Origin: Pseudoalteromonas tetraodonis
GTDB lineage: Bacteria > Pseudomonadota > Gammaproteobacteria > Enterobacterales > Alteromonadaceae
Assembly: GCF_002310835.1 (NCBI RefSeq)
Contig: NZ_CP011041.1
Span: 1,290,001-1,322,000 of the forward strand
DNA: 32,000 nucleotides
Reading direction: 5' to 3'
The notes below the pieces were generated by a model. It saw nothing but the letters and a program-made list of their open reading frames with translations. It searched no databases and was not told where the DNA came from. The translations under genes were made by a program, and so were the position numbers. Positions 16,443 to 23,915 of this stretch are shown piece by piece. Every line of letters begins with the position of its first letter. Position 1 is the first letter of the stretch.

Positions 16443-18302
16443 ATGAATCAAGCAGAAAAGCACAGAGAGTATCTAGAGAAAATAGTATCTAGTGATACTT
16501 TCGAACATCAACAGCATGCTGCACAAAGAGCATTTAGCCATTTTGAAGAAGGTAGTCGTGCTGTTGTAATAACTGCTGAAATGCAATCAGGGAAGTCTGG
16601 TATTGCATTAGCATTAGCTGCTTTACAAAGACTTAGTCTATCAGATACAGATATTTGTGATCGCTCAAAATTAAAAGATACACTTTATTTAGTCACCATG
16701 GCTGATTTGTCGCTACAAGAGCAGGCCAAGCAAGATCTTACCAAATGTAATAATGTTGTTGTGAGTAACTTTACTAATATGAGTCTCGCACTCTCAAGTA
16801 ACTTTAAAGCCCAACCGCCTAAGCTCATTATCATAGATGAATGTCACTATGGTGCAGGTGCTGAGGCCGTTAGATATGCTAAAGTTTTTGAGTATCTGGA
16901 AAAAGAAAACACAAACTGTAAAGTTGCTTTTATTTCAGCCACACCTTTTAGCGCGCTTTACTCAGCAGGCGCAGAGTCTATTCTTCGTCACGACTTCAAA
17001 ACCAGTCTTGTTTTTCATAAAGCAAGTGATGAGTATTTGGGCATCAGGGAGATGCACCGCAACAACCAAATAGTAAAGTTAGCAGAAGAACAGCGTAACT
17101 TTTGTGATGACTCTTTACTACGTAAGCGTTTTATAAGGCAGTTCAAAGAGCACCGCTCATCTGGCTGGTCACTAATAAGGGTGCCAAGTAGTCAGGCAAG
17201 CCTAGCAAAAAGTATCTTATTAGAGAACGGTATAGCTGAAGAGCAAATTATGGTTATTGGCCAAAAGCTGGTGGGAGTTGAGGAAAGTGACTTAGCAAGT
17301 ATTGACGATTTTAAACGTGAATATGAAGCAGCAGCAATGTTTGACGATAAAGTCATTGCAATTACTGTTGCGGGCTTTAGAGCTGGCATTAATTTTGGTC
17401 AAGAAATGAAGAGTACGCTCATTAATACCTGGGATAGCACAATTGCTAATATAGCTGCAATTGTCCAGGCCAATATCGGGCGTGCTTGTGGCTATCACTG
17501 TAATGCGCAGGCCAAACACTATACTAACCTTGATGCTATTAAAGCTTACAGCGACTTACTTAATCACCTTGAATTAAATAGTGATAAAAGCGACTTCGAA
17601 GGTTTACATGCAGTTTTTGAAGATATTTGCGCTAAATATGATGTAAGAGGTTTTGATAGAGGGATTCAAATCTCACCAAATAAGGAATATACCACTTCTT
17701 CTCGGAAGAAAGATGATACTCAAACATATTTAACCCAAAGTTATTTATCGGTTCCAGGTAAGTTAACTACACCGAACTACGATTACTCAAAATACACCCA
17801 AAATCCTTTATTACTTGAGGCTATTGATCTGATCAGGGCAGAGTTATTAAAAGATGATGGCCCACACCGAAAGCAGGGTAGAGCCCTTAAAGGTGAAAAT
17901 CAAAATTGGATCAAAGCGCAATGGGTAAACGGTGTTACCTATGATGATTACACTCCAAGCTGTGCAAAAAGCAGAGCAATAGAATTCACTTCATTATTAG
18001 GTCAAGACCATCCATTAGAATTCAATAAAGTAGTTAACCCCGGTGGTGGAGAGACGACAAAAGATAAACGCGTTATGGCAAGTGTGTTTAGTGTATATAA
18101 CCTGTCTAAAAAAACTGATGCGTTTAAGCGTTCTATGGATGATGACGATTTGCAAGAGGTAAGTGAGCTATTGGGCGTTGAACTTGACGATACAATAATT
18201 TTATTGTTTTTACGCGGTGAATATTCTGATGATTTAACAGTAGCAAAAGAAGAGCAATCAAAATTAGTAGCGTCGAATCTTAAAGATAAATCTATATTTT
18301 GA
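16443..18302 (+). CDS. SF2 helicase-like ATPase, paralog 2
   Basis: 619 aa from the ATG at 16443, which is 4 nt after the paralog-1 stop. The N-terminus MNQAEKHREYLEKIV aligns with MNKAEVHRKKVQEIL of paralog 1. It has the same GKS (16590-16598), DECH, SAT and QANIGRACGYH motifs and is collinear over its full length. Confidence 0.8.
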   Translation: MNQAEKHREYLEKIVSSDTFEHQQHAAQRAFSHFEEGSRAVVITAEMQSGKSGIALALAALQRLSLSDTDICDRSKLKDTLYLVTMADLSLQEQAKQDLTKCNNVVVSNFTNMSLALSSNFKAQPPKLIIIDECHYGAGAEAVRYAKVFEYLEKENTNCKVAFISATPFSALYSAGAESILRHDFKTSLVFHKASDEYLGIREMHRNNQIVKLAEEQRNFCDDSLLRKRFIRQFKEHRSSGWSLIRVPSSQASLAKSILLENGIAEEQIMVIGQKLVGVEESDLASIDDFKREYEAAAMFDDKVIAITVAGFRAGINFGQEMKSTLINTWDSTIANIAAIVQANIGRACGYHCNAQAKHYTNLDAIKAYSDLLNHLELNSDKSDFEGLHAVFEDICAKYDVRGFDRGIQISPNKEYTTSSRKKDDTQTYLTQSYLSVPGKLTTPNYDYSKYTQNPLLLEAIDLIRAELLKDDGPHRKQGRALKGENQNWIKAQWVNGVTYDDYTPSCAKSRAIEFTSLLGQDHPLEFNKVVNPGGGETTKDKRVMASVFSVYNLSKKTDAFKRSMDDDDLQEVSELLGVELDDTIILLFLRGEYSDDLTVAKEEQSKLVASNLKDKSIF

Positions 18303-18381
18303 TTTTTTATAATGATCAATATTCAGATAACTATCAAACTATTTATTTTTCTAAGTAAAGCATGGGTTTAAAGGAACTAGC

Positions 18382-20400
18382 ATGGATGAAAAAACGTTAA
18401 GCTTTATTGAGAAGGCACAGTCAGTTCATGGAGATACTTATTCTTATAATAAATCCATTTATACCGGTAGTAATATAAAATTAACTATTACTTGCAAGCA
18501 CCATGGTGACTTTGAACAAACACCATCAAACCATTTCAAATATCATTGTTCTAAATGCTCAAAAGGGGCTCAAAATAAAGCTAAATTAGAGAAGGCTTCT
18601 GCAGTATACTTAGATAAGGTCATAGCTGTTCATCACGATAAATATGACTTATCAAAAGTAAACTATACAGGGGCCAAAAATAAAGTAACAGTAGCGTGTC
18701 TAGAGCATGGCTTATTTGAAATAACAGCTCAGCACTTTTTAGCTGGTAGTGGGTGTAAACAATGTGGAAATAAAAATACAAGATTAAAAACTATCGATAC
18801 AGCTTCTAAATCTTTTGAATCAAAGGCTAGAAAGATCCATGGGGATATGTTTGATTATAGTAAAGTAAACTACAAGGGGACCACTACAAAGGTTACAATA
18901 ACCTGCCCAGAGCATGGGGATTATATGCAAACACCTCGCAAACACCTAGAGGGTTCAGGTTGCCATAAGTGCGCAATAGATAACTCTGTTTCAAGGCTGT
19001 CTACCAGTGTATTTATAGAAAGAGCAAAAATAGTACATAAAAATAAGTACAACTATGCAAAAACTCAATTTACTAAGTCACATGAAGGTATAATTATCAC
19101 CTGTGAAGAACATGGTGATTTTTCACAAAATCCACATAATCACTTAGCTGGCGCGGGTTGCAAACTCTGTGCTAATGAAAAAATAACCTACACTACAGCT
19201 GAATTCATAGACCGAGCCAATAAGAAGCATAGCTCTTACTACTCATATGAAAAAACAGAGTATGTTGCGTCAAAAGTTAAAGTATTAATTACATGTCCTA
19301 CTCATGGCTTATTTTATCAGAAACCAATACTACATTTACAAGGTTATGGGTGTAATCGTTGTGCGGCTATTAAACGTGGTAAAGACAGCAGCTCATCAAC
19401 CGCTGAATTTATACAATACGCAAATTTCATACATGATTTTAAATGGAATTATGACAAAACAAAATATATAAATAACCATACAAAAGTAATAATAACCTGT
19501 GATACGCATGGTGACTTTGAGCAAACACCTGGAAGCCATAAAAGTGGCAAAGGTTGCCCTAAATGCGGAATTATTAAGTCTACTGAGTCTGGAAAGGTAA
19601 AATATGAAGAGTTTTTATTAAGAGCTCAAAATGTTCATGGTGACAAGTATTTGTATGACTTAGTTAAATATTCTACATACGGTGAAAAGGTTAGTATAAA
19701 GTGCTTACTGCATGGTGTTTTTAATCAATCACCGACTTCACATATTAGAGGAGCAGGGTGCCCAACATGTGGTTTAGAGTCTTCTAGAGAAAAACAGAGA
19801 ATTCCATATAACGTCATACTAAAGAAAGCAAACGAAGTCCATAACTTCAAATATAGTTATGCTGAATGTAGTGATGAAAATTCAGAACGTAAATTACTCG
19901 TCTATTGTCCGGTACATGGAAAATTTGAACAGAAAATTGATGCTCACCTTAAAGGAATCGGTTGCCCAAAATGCAGTTGCATTAAGCGTAATATGCAGAC
20001 AGAAGAATTTATAGACAGAGCTAATGCAATACATAGAGGAAAATATGGCTATGAGTATGTTGACTGTAATGGCACTAAAAGAATACTAAAAATTGAATGC
20101 TATAAGCATGGTATATTTGAGCAAGTAGCTTCTCAACATTTAAAAGGCAGCGGTTGCAGAGACTGCTATGTGGATTCAACAAAACTTACCCTAGAAAATT
20201 ACCTTAAAGATTGTAAAAAATTACATGGTGATAAATATGGCTATTCTAAATTAGAATATAATACTATCAGAGACAAGGTCATTATTACTTGTCATACCCA
20301 TGGTGATTTCCTCCAAACAGCTCATGATCATAAACATGGCGGAGGGTGCCCCAAATGTGCTGAATATTTTAGAAATTTAGACAATAAAGACCCTGATACT
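18382..20400 (+). repeat. Ten tandem coding repeats (64-75 aa each) inside the zinc-ribbon/nuclease gene
   Basis: Repeat boundaries by residue are 1-75, 76-144, 145-210, 211-274, 275-342, 343-410, 411-478, 479-542, 543-606 and 607-673. Each keeps the C-x2-H ... H-x4-C-x2-C ligand set. They are diverged at the nucleotide level. Confidence 0.85.
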
Positions 20401-20709
20401 CCTTGTCACATATATTATTTGCAACTAAAAACAGAGCACCTTATTTTTTATAAAGTAGGCATAACAACGAAAAGCGTAGAAGAACGTTTTTATCGTTTGA
20501 AGAAAGATAATACCAAAATTTTGGATCAACTTAGTGCCCTGACAACTCTTGATAAAGCCATTGTTGCCGAACAAACCATATTAGAAGAGTTTGAAGAACA
20601 TAAACTCTTAATGTCAGATACTTTGGTGTTAAGTGGAGGTGGAACCGAGTGTTTTGCTGATGATGTATTAGGGATGCATGGCTTAGAATTAGAAGACTAC
20701 ATTACCTAG
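18382..20709 (+). CDS. Protein of ten zinc-ribbon repeats fused to a C-terminal T5orf172/GIY-YIG-like nuclease domain
   Basis: 775 aa. Residues 1-673 are ten modules with the pattern F(I/L)xxAxxxHGxKYxYxxxxYxxxxxKVxIxCxxHGxFxQxPxxHLxGxGCPxC. Residues 674-775 read PCHIYYLQLKTEHLIFYKVGITTKSVEERFYRL...AEQTILEEF...GGGTECF, which is GIY/YIG-R-E-like. AAAGGA RBS. Confidence 0.8.
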   Translation: MDEKTLSFIEKAQSVHGDTYSYNKSIYTGSNIKLTITCKHHGDFEQTPSNHFKYHCSKCSKGAQNKAKLEKASAVYLDKVIAVHHDKYDLSKVNYTGAKNKVTVACLEHGLFEITAQHFLAGSGCKQCGNKNTRLKTIDTASKSFESKARKIHGDMFDYSKVNYKGTTTKVTITCPEHGDYMQTPRKHLEGSGCHKCAIDNSVSRLSTSVFIERAKIVHKNKYNYAKTQFTKSHEGIIITCEEHGDFSQNPHNHLAGAGCKLCANEKITYTTAEFIDRANKKHSSYYSYEKTEYVASKVKVLITCPTHGLFYQKPILHLQGYGCNRCAAIKRGKDSSSSTAEFIQYANFIHDFKWNYDKTKYINNHTKVIITCDTHGDFEQTPGSHKSGKGCPKCGIIKSTESGKVKYEEFLLRAQNVHGDKYLYDLVKYSTYGEKVSIKCLLHGVFNQSPTSHIRGAGCPTCGLESSREKQRIPYNVILKKANEVHNFKYSYAECSDENSERKLLVYCPVHGKFEQKIDAHLKGIGCPKCSCIKRNMQTEEFIDRANAIHRGKYGYEYVDCNGTKRILKIECYKHGIFEQVASQHLKGSGCRDCYVDSTKLTLENYLKDCKKLHGDKYGYSKLEYNTIRDKVIITCHTHGDFLQTAHDHKHGGGCPKCAEYFRNLDNKDPDTPCHIYYLQLKTEHLIFYKVGITTKSVEERFYRLKKDNTKILDQLSALTTLDKAIVAEQTILEEFEEHKLLMSDTLVLSGGGTECFADDVLGMHGLELEDYIT

Positions 20710-20733
20710 GCTAGGCGAGTCTTTTCGAATCAA

Positions 20734-20760
20734 AAAAGCCGTTCTACTTGAACGGCTTTT
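20734..20760. terminator. Bidirectional rho-independent terminator
   Basis: AAAAGCCGTTC (20734-20744), loop TACTT, GAACGGCTTTT (20750-20760). The A-run and T-run flanks suit both convergent units. Confidence 0.8.
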
Positions 20761-20780
20761 ATAACAAATCTGTTTGTTAA

Positions 20781-20939
20781 CTATCTACAGGCTTTTGATT
20801 CTTCGATCATTGCACGTTGAACAGCTACTGTTTCTTTGATTACTTTGTCGAAGAATTTTCTCTTTTCTTTCGCTGAACCGTTACGTACAAATTCAGAAAA
20901 AGGCGTAGACTTAACTTTTTCACGAGATTGAACTAACAT
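20781..20939 (-). CDS. Small 52-aa ORF immediately downstream of the zeta-like kinase (not in the supplied ORF track)
   Basis: Minus-strand ATG at 20937-20939, preceded by AGGAG (complement of 20946-20950) at 6-nt spacing and 13 nt after the kinase stop. It translates to MLVQSREKVKSTPFSEFVRNGSAKEKRKFFDKVIKETVAVQRAMIEESKACR, with its stop at 20781-20783. The terminator follows. Confidence 0.55.
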   Translation of the reverse strand: MLVQSREKVKSTPFSEFVRNGSAKEKRKFFDKVIKETVAVQRAMIEESKACR

Positions 20940-20952
20940 GTCATACTCCTAT

Positions 20953-21669
20953 TTATGTTGAATTACCTATACCGGCTATACGCTCTAAGGACGCGCGATT
21001 ATACTTTTTGCCAAGTAGAGCGTCAATATCACTTACATTAAAGTAAGGCTTTTCTTTTGTTCCATCAAGGTTTTTTTCCATAAAAATAATATCTATATCA
21101 TCCTTGAAAATATTTTTTAATTCGCTGACCACACGTTGAGACTCTAAGAACTGATTTACAAAAACCTCAGGTGGAACCCTTCTTCCTTCAACTATTTCGC
21201 GAGCCTTTACTAAGCACCAAGCTTGTTCGGGATCTTGATAAACAAATATAACCAAAACGTAGCGATCTTTACGTAAAGAACGTTCAATATTCGACTTTGC
21301 CTTTTCAAAACTTGAAAGCGTAGAGTCGAGTAAAAAACTAACCTTTTTCTTTAAAGCTCTGTCATGTATTGCTTCCACTAAAATAGTTGCAGGTGTTTGA
21401 AATAGCGGAGAGTTTAACCCCTGGTAGTCATCAAACTCCTTTCTTAGTTCATCATTTTCTATGTGAACAACATCAACCCCATGCTCTTTTTTAAATTGCG
21501 AAATAATACTTTTAGCAGTCTCTGTTTTTCCTGCACCAGGGGAGCCCGCCATAAAAACAGATACAGCACTTTCTTCTTCTGGCAAATGATCAATCATACT
21601 TTTGGCAAGGGTTTTCTTCATTGCTTTAGCTTTAACTAGCGCTTTTTTTGTAATTTCTTCATCTGTCAT
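20953..21669 (-). CDS. Zeta-toxin-family P-loop kinase-like protein
   Basis: 238 aa. Walker A is FMAGSPGAGKTE, followed by VVHIENDELRKEF (the zeta/PezT-type D-x-x-R region). The size and layout are typical of the zeta toxin domain. Confidence 0.7.
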   Translation of the reverse strand: MTDEEITKKALVKAKAMKKTLAKSMIDHLPEEESAVSVFMAGSPGAGKTETAKSIISQFKKEHGVDVVHIENDELRKEFDDYQGLNSPLFQTPATILVEAIHDRALKKKVSFLLDSTLSSFEKAKSNIERSLRKDRYVLVIFVYQDPEQAWCLVKAREIVEGRRVPPEVFVNQFLESQRVVSELKNIFKDDIDIIFMEKNLDGTKEKPYFNVSDIDALLGKKYNRASLERIAGIGNST

Positions 21670-21702
21670 AATGTATCAAATTTAAGGTTAATTCACATAA
21701 AT

Positions 21703-21723
21703 AAAGGGGTTAAAAACCCCTTT
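21703..21723 (-). terminator. Hairpin terminator candidate after the TPR gene
   Basis: AAAGGGG (21703-21709) pairs with CCCCTTT (21717-21723). On the minus strand it is followed by ATTTATGTG. It lies 40 nt downstream of the stop at 21764. Confidence 0.5.
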
Positions 21724-21763
21724 AAATCCAGTAGTATACTAAAGATCACTTTACATTTTTGGC

Positions 21764-22984
21764 TTAGGTCATCCCCCAAAACTCAGATTTAATATCATCA
21801 GCATTATTGTTTTTATATATGTTTTCACTTATCAAGTAAGCTTGAGATTGATTGTTATTAACCATAAAGTGCTTATCATTCTTTTTATAAAGCTTAAATG
21901 CATAGTGGTATTGGCTTGAATATGTCGCAGTAGCTGAAAATACATTGGTGATATTATTTTTCGCTATAAATTGAAAAATAGCTTGAGCGACATAGTTTAA
22001 TCTTTCATCCCGGCCCATATTCATTGTAAACATTGAATGCGAACCTTGATCATCAAATGCAACAAATATCTCAATGACTTCATTTGAATCTTTAAAGATA
22101 AAGTTAACTACTCTACCGTCTAGCTTCATATCACCATCGTTATCAATTTCATATAGGTGGGAGGTTTCATTATTAACATACATAACCTCACCATTTTTAA
22201 CGATAAACATTATATCGACTTCAGCTTCTACTAGCCTCATTCCACCATTGTAATTGATCTTCTGATTGCTAATTTTATTAACGGTCTTAGAAGACTTGCT
22301 TATTGAAATTAATTTATTAAGTATTTTTGTTCTAATTTCAAACATTTTCTGCGGGTCACGGCTGAAGCAACAAAGAATGCCTTTAAAAAAGACAAAAGCC
22401 TGTTGAGTACTACTAGTTTCAGTAACATTTACAAACTCAGAATGATCAATACCGCAATTTAAAGCATACTCTTGGTGTACTCCACCCATTTCTTCAAGCT
22501 CTTTTATCTCCTCATTCACAAAGTGCTTAATAGCATTAAAATCGTTTTTTAAATGTGTATTACTTAAAACTTCAGCCCAGCGAGTTGTAAAATGCTCGAA
22601 GCCATCACTCGCTAGTTGCCCTCTAATTTTATCGCCATTTTGTTCTTCAAAGCTCAGAAATAGCTTTATTCGCTCTAGGTTTTGTAAAGCCATCGGAGAT
22701 GCATGCCCATCATCGAGAGATTGCTTCTTTTGTTCCATATTTATAACTTTAAGGTAATCATCATATGCCTCGAGATATCTCTCTTGAATCGCATAGCAGT
22801 TAGCTCTATTTAAATATACGTTTGAATGGTTTGGGCTGACTTCAAGTGATTTTGTAAAGAATAAAATAGCGTCATCTTGATTGCCATATTGATGATACTG
22901 AAGTGCTTGGCGAAAGAATTGTTCACCTTGGGCTTCTGCCTTAGGGTCCGTTTTAATTCTTGAGAAAAAGCTAAATAGAGACAT
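21764..22984 (-). CDS. TPR-repeat protein with uncharacterised C-terminal domain
   Basis: 406 aa. The N-terminus FFRQALQYHQYGNQDDAILFFTKSLEVSPNHSNVYLNRANCYAIQERYLEAYDDYLKVI is 2-3 TPR units; the remainder is unrecognised. An AAGGAA RBS lies in the 25-nt gap after the upstream gene. Confidence 0.7.
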   Translation of the reverse strand: MSLFSFFSRIKTDPKAEAQGEQFFRQALQYHQYGNQDDAILFFTKSLEVSPNHSNVYLNRANCYAIQERYLEAYDDYLKVINMEQKKQSLDDGHASPMALQNLERIKLFLSFEEQNGDKIRGQLASDGFEHFTTRWAEVLSNTHLKNDFNAIKHFVNEEIKELEEMGGVHQEYALNCGIDHSEFVNVTETSSTQQAFVFFKGILCCFSRDPQKMFEIRTKILNKLISISKSSKTVNKISNQKINYNGGMRLVEAEVDIMFIVKNGEVMYVNNETSHLYEIDNDGDMKLDGRVVNFIFKDSNEVIEIFVAFDDQGSHSMFTMNMGRDERLNYVAQAIFQFIAKNNITNVFSATATYSSQYHYAFKLYKKNDKHFMVNNNQSQAYLISENIYKNNNADDIKSEFWGMT

Positions 22985-23009
22985 ATTATTTCCTTATAAT
23001 AAGGTTGAG

Positions 23010-23915
23010 CTAAAAGCAGTGCGAAAGAGCATACTGTCGATTGTGAAAGTAAGTATTATTGATTTTAAAATCGGTATTTGCTAATAACTCGCTAGGTTTA
23101 TCCAAATATATTGATTGGATATATTCTTTTGGAATATGACTATTAACGAGAATTTCGGCTTGTGAGTCAGTAGGGTCACAAGCTCGTAAATTGATAGGTT
23201 GATTATTAAAAAGCTGTTTTAATGCCACACTTCCTGAAAGGGATGCCTCAGTTGCTGATGCTATAGAAGAGCTAGCAGCATTTGCGGGGCAAAATAAGCA
23301 GTCAAGCTCCCATAAAACACGGGCAGATATTTCTAACACAGCCCAGCTTTCTTCTGGTTGTGCTTGTCTATACTTATAAAACATCTTGTCGTTAGGGTAG
23401 GACACAGATAACGAAATCATGTGAGTTCTGTAGTCAAATCGATTAGCATCGTTGTAAATATGACCTTTAGATATTTCGTTATTATAATCTTTACTATTAA
23501 GGCCTATATCCAAAATGCTTTTAAGGTTTTTCACTTTTGTAAAGTGTATTAATGTAGTAATTCCACGCTCGCTACAAAATTGCTTAATAAGCTCTTTATC
23601 ATCAATATTCGCATATTTACCTAATCCATAATGCTTCATTACGGCATCAATTAATTCAAGACGTAATGAAATAGTATTTTGATAGCTGCCTAAGTCAGCT
23701 ATTAAAGTTGAAAACAGAATGTTAGGGCTATTTAACTCCAGCAGTGGCATCTCAGTCTTTAGTTTTACACCACTGGATTTAGCAAAATTACGAACCAGGA
23801 GAGAGCTTTTGTTAGCGAAAGATAATTCATTTACTACAAATTCAGCTGCAATAGCTGGAGTAGGTAAAAGGGCTAATGTCTTGTTTAACATTGGCTCAAA
23901 CATATTAATTTCCAT
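23010..23915 (-). CDS. DarT (DUF4433)-like ADP-ribosyltransferase domain protein with ~115-aa N-terminal extension
   Basis: 301 aa. The ordered motifs are LIHFTKVKNLKSILDIGL, MISLSVSYPNDKMFY, WAVLEIS...CLFCPANAAS and DPTDSQAEILVNSHIPKEYIQSIYL. These correspond to the H-x-T..NL.SIL, (F/Y)-rich, NA and QAE-x-LV motifs of DarT. Its ATG abuts the upstream TAA. Confidence 0.65.
   Translation of the reverse strand: MEINMFEPMLNKTLALLPTPAIAAEFVVNELSFANKSSLLVRNFAKSSGVKLKTEMPLLELNSPNILFSTLIADLGSYQNTISLRLELIDAVMKHYGLGKYANIDDKELIKQFCSERGITTLIHFTKVKNLKSILDIGLNSKDYNNEISKGHIYNDANRFDYRTHMISLSVSYPNDKMFYKYRQAQPEESWAVLEISARVLWELDCLFCPANAASSSIASATEASLSGSVALKQLFNNQPINLRACDPTDSQAEILVNSHIPKEYIQSIYLDKPSELLANTDFKINNTYFHNRQYALSHCF

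Noticed and set aside
15367-18319. ORFs 15367-15558(-), 15672-15872(-), 16837-17073(+), 17192-17389(-), 17292-17519(-) and 18002-18319(-)
   Set aside because: All are embedded in the two helicase-like genes in other frames or strands.
18382-20400. Periodic ~200-bp repeats, considered as a non-coding repeat array
   Set aside because: One uninterrupted reading frame runs through all ten units with conserved Cys/His ligands, so they are protein-domain repeats.
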